Shown here one piece after another: positions 9,355 through 19,427 of a DNA stretch of 64,000 bases. A program made the position numbers and the translations under genes. The DNA lies in assembly GCA_036550515.1 (NCBI GenBank), contig JAXKGF010000046.1, positions 19,462 through 83,461 on the forward strand, given 5' to 3'. The notes under the pieces were generated by a model. That model was not told the DNA's origin. It saw only the letters and a list, made by a program, of their open reading frames with translations, and did not search any database. This stretch comes from Collinsella sp. GTDB taxonomy: Bacteria > Actinomycetota > Coriobacteriia > Coriobacteriales > Coriobacteriaceae. Numbering within the stretch: the stretch's first letter is position 1; each line of letters begins with the position of its first letter.

Positions 9355-9504
9355 AGTACGGTCCAGTTCTATACAGTCATGGCTATCAGGCCATGGGCTT
9401 AACGCCCAGTATTTAAGTATATCGTTGTACTTTAGTTGTATAAACTACAGCCGCTCACTATCGGCGAACGGTTGTCCTAGAAAATCGTTTTACCTCATCT
9501 ATAG

Positions 9505-9539
9505 AACAAGGGGTGTCGCACTGAACGACACCCCTTGTT
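9505..9539. terminator. 14-bp perfect hairpin between glgA and the GH13/GH77 gene
   Basis: AACAAGGGGTGTCG-cactgaa-CGACACCCCTTGTT. The T-tract is weak on the minus strand, so function as a terminator or attenuator is uncertain. Confidence 0.5.
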
Positions 9540-9569
9540 TATTGAGGATTAGATTGTGGATCGTCCGGA

Positions 9570-11837
9570 CTAGCGGCGCTTGCGGGTGGCCGTTGCCTTG
9601 CGGACGGACGTCTTCTTGGACGGGGCCTTTTCCGCTGCCGGAGCGGCGGGGGAGACCGGGGTCTCCTTGGCGGGCTCGGGCTTGGCCTCTGCCTTCGGGG
9701 TGGCCTTTACCTCAGCGGCCTTCGGCGCCTGCTTGGCCTTTACCTCGGCCTTGGGCTCCTCTTTGGCAGCAGCGGGCTTAGACTCTGCCTTGGGAGTTGC
9801 GGCCTTTGCCGTGGTCTTCTTGGCTGCCGTTGTGCGCTTTCGCGTGGTGGTCTTAGCGGCGGGCTTGGCCTCGACGGTTGCCTCCGCCTTGGACTCGGCA
9901 GGCGTCTCCTCGACCTTGGCGGCCGCCTTGGGGGCAGCCTTCTTTGCAGTGGTCTTGGTTGCCGTCGCCTTCGTAGCTGTAGCCTTCTTGGCGGTCGTGG
10001 TCTTGGTTACAGCCGTCTTCTTGGCAGCGGTCTTGGCCGGAGCCTTTGCCGCAGGCTTGGCCTCGACGGCGGCTTCAGCCTTTACCTCGGGAGCGGCCTC
10101 GGCCTCGGCGGCCTTCTTTGCAGCGGCGGTCGTGCGCTTGCGTGTCGTCGTTGTCTTGGTAGCGGTGGTCTTGGTTGTCGTCGCCTTGGTCGTAGTAGCC
10201 TTCTTGGCCGTCGTCTTGCGCGTCGTGGTCTTCTTTGCCGCAGGCTTCGCAGCGGGCTTCTCCTCAGCCTTGGGCTCCTCAACAGCGGCGGGTGCCTCAA
10301 CAACCGGCTCGGCCTTGGGCTCGGGCTCAGCCACAACCACAGGCTCGTCGACAACCGCCGCCGGCCTCTCAATCTCCGGGTGCATAAAGAAGTACAGGTC
10401 CAGATACTTGTCGGCCGAGCGCGTCCAGCTAAAGTCCTGGCTCATAGCCTGCGTGACCAGCTGGTTCCAGGCATCGCGGTTGTCCCAGAACAGGCGTGCC
10501 GCGCGGAACACGGCGTCGCCCATCTCGTCGCCGTTAAAGTTGCTAAACGAGAAGCCCGTGCCCTCGCCGGTAAACTCGTTATACGGGATCACCGTGTCCT
10601 TCAGACCACCGGTCTCGCGAACAATCGGCAGGGTGCCGTAGTGCATGGCGATGATCTGCGACAGGCCACAGGGCTCAAATTTCGAAGGCATCAGGAACAT
10701 GTCGGCGGCGGCATACATGCGCTGCGACAGCGCCGGATCGAACTCGATGCGTGCAGCCATGGTGCCGGGGTACTTGTCCTGGAAGTAACGCAGGCCATCC
10801 TCGTAGTCGCGGTCGCCGGTACCCAGCACGGCCACCTGAACGCCGCCGGCCAGAATGCGGTCGAGCGCGTACATGACCAAGTCCAGGCCCTTTTGGCGCG
10901 TCAGGCGCGTGACCATCACCATAAGCGGGCGGTCGTCGCGAACCTCGAGCCCCAGCTCCTCCTGCAGTTTGGCCTTGCACACGGCCTTGCCGGAGCGATC
11001 CTCCACGGTGTAGTTGGCGGCAATGCGCTTGTCGGTCGCCGGGTCAAAACTCGCCACGTCAATACCGTTGAGGATGCCCTGTAGCGCGTAGGAGCGCTCG
11101 CGCAGCACGCCGTCCAGGCCCTCGCCAAACTCGGGCGTCTGGATTTCGTTGGCATAGGTGGGGCTCACCGTGGTAATGGCGTCGGCATAGCGCAGCGCGC
11201 CCAGCATGTAATTGACGCTGCAGGCGTCGCAACGCAGCTGCGAGGCGGCCGCGGGAATATGCGCCACACCCAGGATGTCCTCCATCACGGTGTCGCTAAA
11301 CTGGCCCTGGAACGCCACGTTGTGGATCGAGAACACGGTCTTGACGCGGTCGTACAGCGGCAGGCCCTGGTAGAACTCGCGCAGGAACACGGGTGCCAGC
11401 GCCGTCTGCCAGTCGTTGCAGTGCAAGATGTCACACTCAAAGCCCTCGGGCAGGTGCTGCAGGCTCTCGGTGATGGCCTTGGAGAAGAACGCAAAACGCT
11501 CGCCGTCGTCAAAGAAGCCATACGGATAGTCACGCGCAAAGTAGCGCTCGTTGTCGATAAACATATAGGTGACGCCGTCGCGCTCGAGCTTCTCGAGTCC
11601 GCAGTACTCATTGCGCCAGCCTAGGCTCACGTAAAAGTCGGAGAAGTGCTCCATCTGCGCCTTGTACTCGTCCTTGATGGTTGCGTACTTGGGCACCATC
11701 ACGATAACCTCGGCGCCGGCGCGCACGAGCGCCGCAGGCAGCGAGCCCGCCACGTCGCCAAGGCCACCGGTCTTAACAAACGGTGCGCACTCGGCCGAGG
11801 CAAACACGATCTGCATCTTTTTGCTGGTTTGTGCCAT
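9570..11837 (-). CDS. glgA: glycogen synthase GlgA with ~265-aa Lys/Ala/Thr/Pro/Glu-rich C-terminal tail
   Basis: MQIVFASAECAPFVKTGGLGDVAGSLP (GT5 KTGGL motif). The start is taken at ATG 11837 behind a GGGAGA RBS; the track starts at TTG 11855. The catalytic domain ends near ..YLDLYFFMHPE. Confidence 0.9.
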   Translation of the reverse strand: MAQTSKKMQIVFASAECAPFVKTGGLGDVAGSLPAALVRAGAEVIVMVPKYATIKDEYKAQMEHFSDFYVSLGWRNEYCGLEKLERDGVTYMFIDNERYFARDYPYGFFDDGERFAFFSKAITESLQHLPEGFECDILHCNDWQTALAPVFLREFYQGLPLYDRVKTVFSIHNVAFQGQFSDTVMEDILGVAHIPAAASQLRCDACSVNYMLGALRYADAITTVSPTYANEIQTPEFGEGLDGVLRERSYALQGILNGIDVASFDPATDKRIAANYTVEDRSGKAVCKAKLQEELGLEVRDDRPLMVMVTRLTRQKGLDLVMYALDRILAGGVQVAVLGTGDRDYEDGLRYFQDKYPGTMAARIEFDPALSQRMYAAADMFLMPSKFEPCGLSQIIAMHYGTLPIVRETGGLKDTVIPYNEFTGEGTGFSFSNFNGDEMGDAVFRAARLFWDNRDAWNQLVTQAMSQDFSWTRSADKYLDLYFFMHPEIERPAAVVDEPVVVAEPEPKAEPVVEAPAAVEEPKAEEKPAAKPAAKKTTTRKTTAKKATTTKATTTKTTATKTTTTRKRTTAAAKKAAEAEAAPEVKAEAAVEAKPAAKAPAKTAAKKTAVTKTTTAKKATATKATATKTTAKKAAPKAAAKVEETPAESKAEATVEAKPAAKTTTRKRTTAAKKTTAKAATPKAESKPAAAKEEPKAEVKAKQAPKAAEVKATPKAEAKPEPAKETPVSPAAPAAEKAPSKKTSVRKATATRKRR

Positions 11838-11925
11838 TTTGTCTCCCTGTTGCAATTCGAGAATAGCCGCCTGGCGCTAACCGGGCGGCTATTCACATGT
11901 TACGAGTGATGTTGCGGTGCCAACG

Positions 11926-13053
11926 TTAACGTACGATGGTGGTGTCGGAAGTTAACGGAGCCTTTCCCAGCACCAGGATGTTCTCGGGCGTGCCGCGAAG
12001 CTCGGTGTTGGTGGGAACCACGTTGTTCTTGTCCAGGATAGCATTCTCAACACGGGCGCCGCTCTTGATGATGCAGCTCTGGTTGATGATCGAGTTGGTC
12101 ACCGAGGCGCCCTCCTCGACCACGACGCCGCGCGACAGGATCGAGTTGCGCACGGTGCCCTTGATGATGCAGCCGGCCGAGATGATCGAGTTGCACGCGT
12201 GGCTGCCGGTCGCATAGCGCGAAGGCGGCACGTCGTGAGCCTTGGTCAGGATCGGGCGCTCGGGGTCAAAGAGCTGGTCGGCCACGGTCTGGTCGAGCAG
12301 GTCCATGCTGCGGCGATACAGCGACTTCTCGCTAAACACGCCCACGACCTCGCCCTTGTACTCGTAGCTGCACACGTCAATATTGCCAAAGTCGCCCTGG
12401 AGTGCCTCGAGCAGGTCCAGATAGTCGGCAGCCTGGTAGTGGTCGATGATCTCGAGCAGCGTCTCGCGGTTGACGATGCAGCAGTCCATAGAGGCGTTAT
12501 CGCCGTACACGACGCCGGCGCTCACGCCCGTCAGGCGGCCGTTCTCGTTGATCTGCAGCTTGGTTTCGTCATCGACGTTGCGCGTGGCCTTGCAGTACAC
12601 CACGGTCATCTGGGCACCGGAGTACTCGTGCGCATCGATGATGGTGTTGAGGTCCATGTTAAAGATGATGTTGGTGCCCATCATCACAACATAAGGCTTG
12701 TCTGAGCGCTGGAACAGCGTCTTGTTGGAGATGATGTCGCGCAGCAAGAAGCGCATTCCGCCCTTGGTGGTGCCATACGCGTTGCCAGGCACCATGAAAA
12801 GGCCGCCCTTCTTACGGTCCAGGCCCCAGTCCTTGCCTGAGCCCACGTGGTCGATCAGCGAGCGGTAGTTGCCCGGCATGACGACGCCGACGGTCTTAAT
12901 GCCGGCATTCATCATGTTGGACAGCGGAAAGTCGATCAGGCGGTAGCGGCCCAAAAACGGGACGGACGCGATAGGGCGGTCCTTGAGCAGCACGCTGCCG
13001 TAGGTCGAAGAGTAGTTAGCGGTGATATAACCGATGGCCTTGCGATTGATCAT
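11926..13053 (-). CDS. glgD: glucose-1-phosphate adenylyltransferase regulatory subunit GlgD
   Basis: ADP-glucose pyrophosphorylase fold without the Gly-rich loop (YRLIDFPLSNMMNAGI) and a beta-helix C-terminus. ATG 13053 lies 4 nt after the glgC stop, behind GGGAAGGGGGAA; the track ORF extends to 13092. Confidence 0.85.
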   Translation of the reverse strand: MINRKAIGYITANYSSTYGSVLLKDRPIASVPFLGRYRLIDFPLSNMMNAGIKTVGVVMPGNYRSLIDHVGSGKDWGLDRKKGGLFMVPGNAYGTTKGGMRFLLRDIISNKTLFQRSDKPYVVMMGTNIIFNMDLNTIIDAHEYSGAQMTVVYCKATRNVDDETKLQINENGRLTGVSAGVVYGDNASMDCCIVNRETLLEIIDHYQAADYLDLLEALQGDFGNIDVCSYEYKGEVVGVFSEKSLYRRSMDLLDQTVADQLFDPERPILTKAHDVPPSRYATGSHACNSIISAGCIIKGTVRNSILSRGVVVEEGASVTNSIINQSCIIKSGARVENAILDKNNVVPTNTELRGTPENILVLGKAPLTSDTTIVR

Positions 13054-13057
13054 CGGA

Positions 13058-14206
13058 TCATTCCCCCTTCCCGATAACGACGTCATTTCCAACGACGGCC
13101 GTATCCTTGGTGGTATCGACAGAGCCGAGCTTCACGCCCTCTTCGACCGTGGAGTTCTCGCCCAAAATAGCGCGGCAGATGTGCGCGCCACTCTTAACGT
13201 GCGCACCCGGCAGCAGCACGGAGTCCTCGACCACGGCGCGCTCCTCGATGATGACATCGGTCGAGATGATCGAGTGGCGAGCGGTGCCGTAGATCTTGCA
13301 GCCGTTGGAGACCAGGCAGTCGTCCAGGCGGCCGTCCGGGCCAATGTAGTGTGGCGGACGCGTTGTGATGTTGGACATGATGGGGAAGTTCTTGTCAAAC
13401 AGATCGAACTCGGGGTTGTTGCCCAGCAGGTCCATCGAGGTCTCATGGAAGCTGGCGATGGTGCCGACGTCCTTCCAAAAGCCGTGGAACTCGTAGCTGT
13501 ACAGACGCTTGTTCTCGCCGAGCAGCTTGGGGATGATGTCTTTGCCAAAGTCGTGGCTCGAGCGCTGGTCCAGAGCGTCCTCCTCGAGTGCCTCGATCAG
13601 CACGTCGGCCGAGAAGATGTAGATGCCCATGGACGCGAGGTTCGAATCGGGCTTCTCGGGCTTCTCGGTGAACTTGGTGATGCGGCCGTCCTCGGGGTCG
13701 GTGGTCAGGATGCCAAAGCGGCTGGCCTCCTCCCACGGTACGGGCATAACACTCACCGTGAGGTCGGCGTTGTTCTCAATGTGCGTCTTGAGCATCTTGC
13801 GGTAGTCCATGCGATACAGATGATCGCCCGAAAGAATCAAGACGTACTTGGGGTCGTTGGCCTTGATGTAGTCGAGGTTCTGCGTAATGGCGTCGGCCGT
13901 GCCCGCATACCAGGCGCCACCGGTCTGCGTCTCGTACGGAGGCAGGATCGACACACCGCCGTCGCGGCTGTCCAAATCCCACGCTTCGCCGGATCCCACG
14001 TAGGCATGCAGCAAGTAGGGGCGATACTGCGTTAGAACGCCTACCGTGTCGATGCCCGAGTTGGAGCAGTTGGAGAGTGAAAAGTCGATAATGCGGAACT
14101 TGCCACCAAAGCTAACCGCGGGCTTAGCGATCTTTTGGGTGAGTGCCCCCAATCGGCTGCCCTGTCCTCCTGCGAGGAGCATCGCGATGCATTCTTTCTT
14201 ACTCAT
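13058..14206 (-). CDS. glgC: glucose-1-phosphate adenylyltransferase GlgC
   Basis: [15 protein letters not shown] nucleotide loop, [31 protein letters not shown]. Confidence 0.95.
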   Translation of the reverse strand: MSKKECIAMLLAGGQGSRLGALTQKIAKPAVSFGGKFRIIDFSLSNCSNSGIDTVGVLTQYRPYLLHAYVGSGEAWDLDSRDGGVSILPPYETQTGGAWYAGTADAITQNLDYIKANDPKYVLILSGDHLYRMDYRKMLKTHIENNADLTVSVMPVPWEEASRFGILTTDPEDGRITKFTEKPEKPDSNLASMGIYIFSADVLIEALEEDALDQRSSHDFGKDIIPKLLGENKRLYSYEFHGFWKDVGTIASFHETSMDLLGNNPEFDLFDKNFPIMSNITTRPPHYIGPDGRLDDCLVSNGCKIYGTARHSIISTDVIIEERAVVEDSVLLPGAHVKSGAHICRAILGENSTVEEGVKLGSVDTTKDTAVVGNDVVIGKGE

Positions 14207-14313
14207 CGATTTCTCCTTCTGTCATCGATGTTCCTAAACCCATTTGCGACGGACGCGGCGCAACGTCACGCCCGTCGAGTAATGCCGTGCTGGCATAGGT
14301 GAGCTTGCGGCCT

Positions 14314-16740
14314 TTAAGCGTGCCAAATCTCGTCGCGGTACTCGCGAATGGTGCGGTCGCTCGAGAACCAGCCGCTCGAGGCGGTGTTGAGCAGGGCCTT
14401 GCGGTTCCAGGTCTCCTGGTCGCCGTAGCTGCCCGTGAGCTTCTCCCATGCATCCACGTAACTGCGGAAGTCGGCCATGACCAGGTCGGGGTCGTTGTTA
14501 TTCATGAGCTCGTTGTAGATGCTCTCGAAGTTGCCCGAAAGACCCGCAAAGGTGTTGTCCTTGAGCTCGTCCATCACGCGGCCCAGGCGCTCGCGGTCGC
14601 CGTTGAGGGTATCCCACGCAAAGTAGCTGTTGGATGCCCAGAGCTGCTCAACCTCGGGGGCGGTCAAGCCAAAGATGGCCTCGTTCTCGCGACCGGCCAG
14701 GTCGGCAATCTCGATGTTGGCGCCGTCGAGGGTGCCCAGCGTAATGGCACCATTCATCATGAGCTTCATGTTGGACGTGCCCGAGGCCTCCTTGCCGGCC
14801 GTGGAGATCTGCTCCGAGATCTCGGCGGCGGGGTAGATGAGCTGTGCGTTGCTCACACGGAAGTTGGGGATAAAGCAGACCTTCATGACCTCGTTGACGC
14901 GCGGGTCGTTGTTGATGACGTCGGCGACAGAGTTGATCAGGCGGATGGTCTCCTTGGCGAAGGTGTAGCTCGAGGCAGCCTTGCCACTAAAGATAAAGGT
15001 CGTCGGCGTCACGTGGAAGTTGGGGTTGGCGATACGACGGTTGTAGATGTCCATCACCTTCATGATGTTCATGAGCTGGCGCTTGTAGGCATGGAAGCGC
15101 TTTACCTGAACGTCGAAGACGGTGTTGGGGTCGATGACCAGACCAGTCTCGGCCTTAACGTAGGCGGCAAGACGCTCCTTATTGGCGCGCTTAGAGGCAC
15201 CCACGGCCTTCAGGAACTCGGTGTCGTTTTGGAACTCCTTGAGTTTCTCCAGCTCAAAGGCGTCCTTCAGCCAGCCATCGCCAATGGCCTCGGTCACGAG
15301 CTTGGCATAGGTGGGGTTGGCCTCGGCAAAGAAGCGACGGTGTGAGATACCGTTGGTCTTGTTGTTGAACTTTTCGGGCGTAAGGGCATAGAAGTCCTTG
15401 AGCACGATGTTCTTGATAATGTCGGAGTGGATCTTTGCCACGCCGTTGACACTATGGCTGCAGATCACGGACAGGTTGGCCATGCGAATCTCGCCGTCCC
15501 ACAGAATGGCGGTCTGGCGCAGGCGCTCCTGCCAGCCCTCCTGCGTGGTGTCGAACGACTCGTGCCAACGACGGCTGATCTCGTCGATGACCTGGTACAC
15601 GCGGGGGAGGAGCTTGGAGAACGTGCCGATGGGCCACTTCTCCAGAGCCTCGGGCAGGATGGTGTGGTTGGTGTAGCTCACGACCTGCGTCACGATGTTC
15701 CAGGCGTCATCCCACTCGAGCTTCTTCTCGTCGATGAGGATACGCATGAGCTCGGGGCCGCACATGGCGGGGTGGGTATCGTTGGTGTGGATGGCCACAA
15801 ATTGCGGCAGCAGTTCCCAGTTCGCGCCGTGCTCCTTCTCAAAGGTGTCGAGCAGGCTGTAGATGCCAGCCGAAACAAACAGGTATTCCTGCTTCAGGCG
15901 CAGCAGACGGCCGTGCTCGCCGGCGTCGTTGGGGTAGAGGATGGCGCTGATGGCCTCAGCGTCGGCGCGCTCGGCATCGGCCAGGGCATAGTCGCCGCGG
16001 TTGAAGGCCTCCAGATCGAAGTGCTCCTCGACCGGCTCGGCAGCCCATACACGCAGCTTGTTGACGGTCTCGCCGGCATAGCCCACGACGGGGATGTCAT
16101 AAGGGACGGCCAGGATGTCCTGCGTGTCCACCGTGCGGTAGAACGTGCGGCCGTTCTCCTCAAAGCCCTCGACGCGGCCGCCAAACTTAATGGTCACGGC
16201 CTTGTCCTGACGACGGACCTCCCAGGGATAGCCGTGGGTGAGCCACTCGTCGGTGGCCTCGACCTGGCTGCCGTTGACGATCTCCTGCTTAAACAGGCCG
16301 TAGCGGTAGCGCATACCGTTGCCGTAGCCGGCAATGCCCTCGGCTGCCATCGAATCCAGGAAGCACGCGGCCAGACGTCCCAGGCCACCGTTGCCCAGCG
16401 CCGGATCGGGTTCCTGGTTCTCGATGACGGACAGGTCAAAGCCCATGTCGTCGAGTGCCTCGGCGACCATGTCGCGTACACCAAAGTTGAGCAGGTAGTT
16501 GTCAAGCAGGCGGCCGATCAAAAACTCGATCGAGAAGTAATACACGCGCTTCTTGCCCTCGGACACCGCACGGGCGTCGCTCTTGGTGGCAACGGTGCGG
16601 GCCTTCTCGGCCACGAGCTTGGCCAGGGCGTTAAAGCGGTCAAGGTCGCTGGCAGCCTCGACGCTCTTGCCGCTGATGCTCATGACGGCATCGCGATAGA
16701 GCTCGGTAAACTCCTGCTTGTTGTCGAAGATCTTATTCAT
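14314..16740 (-). CDS. glgP: glycogen/maltodextrin phosphorylase (GT35)
   Basis: 808 aa with the pyridoxal-phosphate lysine motif EASGTSNMKLMMNG. Confidence 0.95.
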   Translation of the reverse strand: MNKIFDNKQEFTELYRDAVMSISGKSVEAASDLDRFNALAKLVAEKARTVATKSDARAVSEGKKRVYYFSIEFLIGRLLDNYLLNFGVRDMVAEALDDMGFDLSVIENQEPDPALGNGGLGRLAACFLDSMAAEGIAGYGNGMRYRYGLFKQEIVNGSQVEATDEWLTHGYPWEVRRQDKAVTIKFGGRVEGFEENGRTFYRTVDTQDILAVPYDIPVVGYAGETVNKLRVWAAEPVEEHFDLEAFNRGDYALADAERADAEAISAILYPNDAGEHGRLLRLKQEYLFVSAGIYSLLDTFEKEHGANWELLPQFVAIHTNDTHPAMCGPELMRILIDEKKLEWDDAWNIVTQVVSYTNHTILPEALEKWPIGTFSKLLPRVYQVIDEISRRWHESFDTTQEGWQERLRQTAILWDGEIRMANLSVICSHSVNGVAKIHSDIIKNIVLKDFYALTPEKFNNKTNGISHRRFFAEANPTYAKLVTEAIGDGWLKDAFELEKLKEFQNDTEFLKAVGASKRANKERLAAYVKAETGLVIDPNTVFDVQVKRFHAYKRQLMNIMKVMDIYNRRIANPNFHVTPTTFIFSGKAASSYTFAKETIRLINSVADVINNDPRVNEVMKVCFIPNFRVSNAQLIYPAAEISEQISTAGKEASGTSNMKLMMNGAITLGTLDGANIEIADLAGRENEAIFGLTAPEVEQLWASNSYFAWDTLNGDRERLGRVMDELKDNTFAGLSGNFESIYNELMNNNDPDLVMADFRSYVDAWEKLTGSYGDQETWNRKALLNTASSGWFSSDRTIREYRDEIWHA

Positions 16741-16834
16741 ACGTTCCTTTCCCCCGGGGATGTTTCTCCCGGAACGGTTATGACTTTTATCCTACGCCCC
16801 AGCGGGGCGGGCAAATGCAAAGGTAACGACTTTG

Positions 16835-19096
16835 TTACGCTTTCTTGGCAGAAGTCCTAACAGCAGCTGCCTTGGCCTTGGAAGTAGTCTTTTTGGTGTC
16901 AGCCTTCTTGGCCGTGGTGGACTTGGCCGAAGCCTTGGCAGCGGGCTTGGCGGCCTTCGCCTTAGCCGGAGCCTTCTTGGCGGCCGCGGCCTTGGGCTTC
17001 ACCGAGGACGTACGTTTGCGCGTCGCCTTCTTGGGCTCCTCGACCACGGGCGGCTTATAGCTGCTGGGACCGCGGCGCTTAAGCACCACACCTGCCAGGC
17101 CGGGCACCTTCATCTCGATGGAGTCCATCTGCCCATTCCAGGGATAGGGCTCGCTCGAGCAGGTGTAGGGCTCCTCACCGGCGTATCCGCTGCCACCGAA
17201 CTCGGGACGGTCGGAATCGAAGATGACCTCCCAGTCACCCTCGCGCGGCACACCCACGCGGAAGCTCTCGTAGCTCGCCGGATCAAAGTTGATTAGGATT
17301 ACCAGGTCGTCATCGACGTCCTCGCCCTGGCGCACAAAGCTCACGATGGACTGCTTGGAGTTGTCCGCGTCGATCCAGGTAAAGCCGTCGTCGGTGTAGC
17401 CGCGCTCGTACAGGGCGGGCTCGGCGGTGTACAGGTGGTTGAGAGCCTTGATAAACGCCTGATGATGACGGTGGGTCTCGTACTCCTCGGTCAGGAACCA
17501 CTGGATGGACTCGTAGTAGCGCCACTCAATAAACTGGCCGATCTCGTTGCCCATAAAGTTGAGCTTGGCACCGGGGTGCGTCATTTGGTAGAAAGCTAGC
17601 GTGCGCAGGCCGGCAAACTGGCGCCACCAGTCGCCCGGCATGCGGCCGATGAGCGAGCACTTGCCGTGCACGACCTCGTCGTGGCTCAGCGGGCAAATAA
17701 AGTTCTCGGTAAAGGCGTACATGATGGAGAACGTGAGCAGCCCGTGGTTGCCGGGGCGCCACGGAAAATCGGTCTGCATGTAGTGCAGGGTGTCATTCAT
17801 CCAGCCCATGTCCCACTTGTAGTGGAAGCCCAAGCCGCCATCCTGCGGCGGATAGGTCACGAGCGGCCACGCAGTGGACTCCTCGGCCATCATCATCACG
17901 TCGGGGTAGTGCGCCTCCACGGCGCAGTTGACCTGGCGGATAAACGCGCTGGCGTCCAGATCCTCCTCGGTACCGTACTTGTTGAACTTCTTTTGACCGG
18001 GATCGTCAATGCCAAAGTTGAGGTACAGCATGCTGGACACGCCGTCCATGCGTATGCCGTCCACGTGGAAGTTCTCCAGCCAGTACAGCACATTGGAGAC
18101 CAAGAAGGAGCGGACCTCGCCGCGAGCGAAGTCAAACTTGTGCGTGCCCCAGTTGGGGTGAATCTCGTGCTCAAACAGCATGTGGCCGTTAAAGGTGGCA
18201 AGGCCGTGGGCGTCGGCGCAAAAACCGCCAGGCACCCAGTCCATGATCACGCCGATGCCCGCTTCATGGCAAGAATCGATAAAGTGCATGAGCTGCTGCG
18301 GGTTGCCGTAGCGCGACGTGGCGGCAAAGTAGCCGGTCGTCTGGTAGCCCCAGGAGCCATCGAAGGGATGCTCCATAAGCGGCATGACCTCGATATGCGT
18401 GTAGCCCATGTTGTGCACGTAGTCCACGAGCTCCACCGACAGGTCGTCGTAGGTGTAGAACTCGCCGCGCTGCGCGGGGAAGGGGTCCATGGGACCGGGG
18501 TAGTTGCCATACTCGTCCGGCTCGCCCTGTGGCGCGTCACCGTGGCGCTTCCACGAGCCAATATGCACCTCGTAGATATTGAGCGGCTGCGACATGTGGT
18601 TGTGGCCGGCGCGGCGCTTGAGCCACGCGGCGTCGTTCCACTTGTAGCCATCGAGGGTCCACAGCACGCTGGCGGTACCCGGAGGGCACTCGGCCTTAAA
18701 GGCATACGGATCGGCCTTGTAGAGTTTTTCGCCCTCGTTGGTCTCGATGAGGTATTTGTAGAGCTGGCCTTGCTCTGCTCCAGGAATAAAGCCTTCCCAA
18801 ATAGTGCTCGTATGCACGGGCACCAGCGGGTCGGCTTCTTCATCCCAATCGTTAAATTCACCAATGACGTGTACGCTTTTTACATCGGGTGCCCAAACGC
18901 AAAAACGCCAGCCGCGCGTACGGTTCTGCGTGTCGGGGTGCGCGCCCATCTTTTCCCAGCTGCGCTCCCACGTACCGATGCCAAACAGGTAGACATCGTC
19001 TTTGGTGAGCTCCGGTGCATGTGGAGCGGCTTTACGGGTAGCGGGCTTTTTGGTTGCTGGCTTTAGCTTTGTATCGCTCACGTTTGATCCCATCAT
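16835..19096 (-). CDS. glgB: 1,4-alpha-glucan branching enzyme GlgB with Lys/Ala-rich C-terminal tail
   Basis: GH13 branching-enzyme regions (GVIMDWVPGGF, VDGIRMDGVSSMLY, MMAEEST, LSHDEVVHGK). The start is uncertain: ATGATG at 19096 versus TTG at 19141. Confidence 0.9.
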   Translation of the reverse strand: MMGSNVSDTKLKPATKKPATRKAAPHAPELTKDDVYLFGIGTWERSWEKMGAHPDTQNRTRGWRFCVWAPDVKSVHVIGEFNDWDEEADPLVPVHTSTIWEGFIPGAEQGQLYKYLIETNEGEKLYKADPYAFKAECPPGTASVLWTLDGYKWNDAAWLKRRAGHNHMSQPLNIYEVHIGSWKRHGDAPQGEPDEYGNYPGPMDPFPAQRGEFYTYDDLSVELVDYVHNMGYTHIEVMPLMEHPFDGSWGYQTTGYFAATSRYGNPQQLMHFIDSCHEAGIGVIMDWVPGGFCADAHGLATFNGHMLFEHEIHPNWGTHKFDFARGEVRSFLVSNVLYWLENFHVDGIRMDGVSSMLYLNFGIDDPGQKKFNKYGTEEDLDASAFIRQVNCAVEAHYPDVMMMAEESTAWPLVTYPPQDGGLGFHYKWDMGWMNDTLHYMQTDFPWRPGNHGLLTFSIMYAFTENFICPLSHDEVVHGKCSLIGRMPGDWWRQFAGLRTLAFYQMTHPGAKLNFMGNEIGQFIEWRYYESIQWFLTEEYETHRHHQAFIKALNHLYTAEPALYERGYTDDGFTWIDADNSKQSIVSFVRQGEDVDDDLVILINFDPASYESFRVGVPREGDWEVIFDSDRPEFGGSGYAGEEPYTCSSEPYPWNGQMDSIEMKVPGLAGVVLKRRGPSSYKPPVVEEPKKATRKRTSSVKPKAAAAKKAPAKAKAAKPAAKASAKSTTAKKADTKKTTSKAKAAAVRTSAKKA

Positions 19097-19427
19097 GACG
19101 CGGCAGCGTGTTGCCTTGGTGACTAGATGCGAAAGGTCCAAAGCTGCACGAATCGAAGGGACGGCGAAGTTTCAGTGATTCGTTCCACCTCGCGTGCCCG
19201 GTGGAACTTTCGGCAGAAACTACGATAACACCTGTACGTTACTTTTATGGACGAAAGTGGATTTGCGGTGGCGTTTAATCGGTGAGCGCCATGTTTATAC
19301 CACTGACAGAATTGCGATGATAAAACTCTTGACAGTTTTACCAATTAGGGTTTCAAGATTGTTAGGTTGACGTTTGATAAAACGTTTTTAGCAGGATGTT
19401 TACCATTTGATATCGAAAGGTTCGTTT

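Noticed and set aside
9580-10641. 353-aa Ala/Val/Leu/Gly-rich plus-strand ORF
   Set aside because: It is a mirror image of the Lys/Ala/Thr-rich glgA tail. The reading frame stays open only because of the repetitive GC-rich codons.
19373-19392. TGATAAAACGTTTTTAGCA as a cre/LacI-family operator in the glgB/HAD divergent promoter region
   Set aside because: Only the 10-bp core AAAACGTTTT is palindromic, and the outer positions do not fit the cre or LacI consensus. It is too weak to call.
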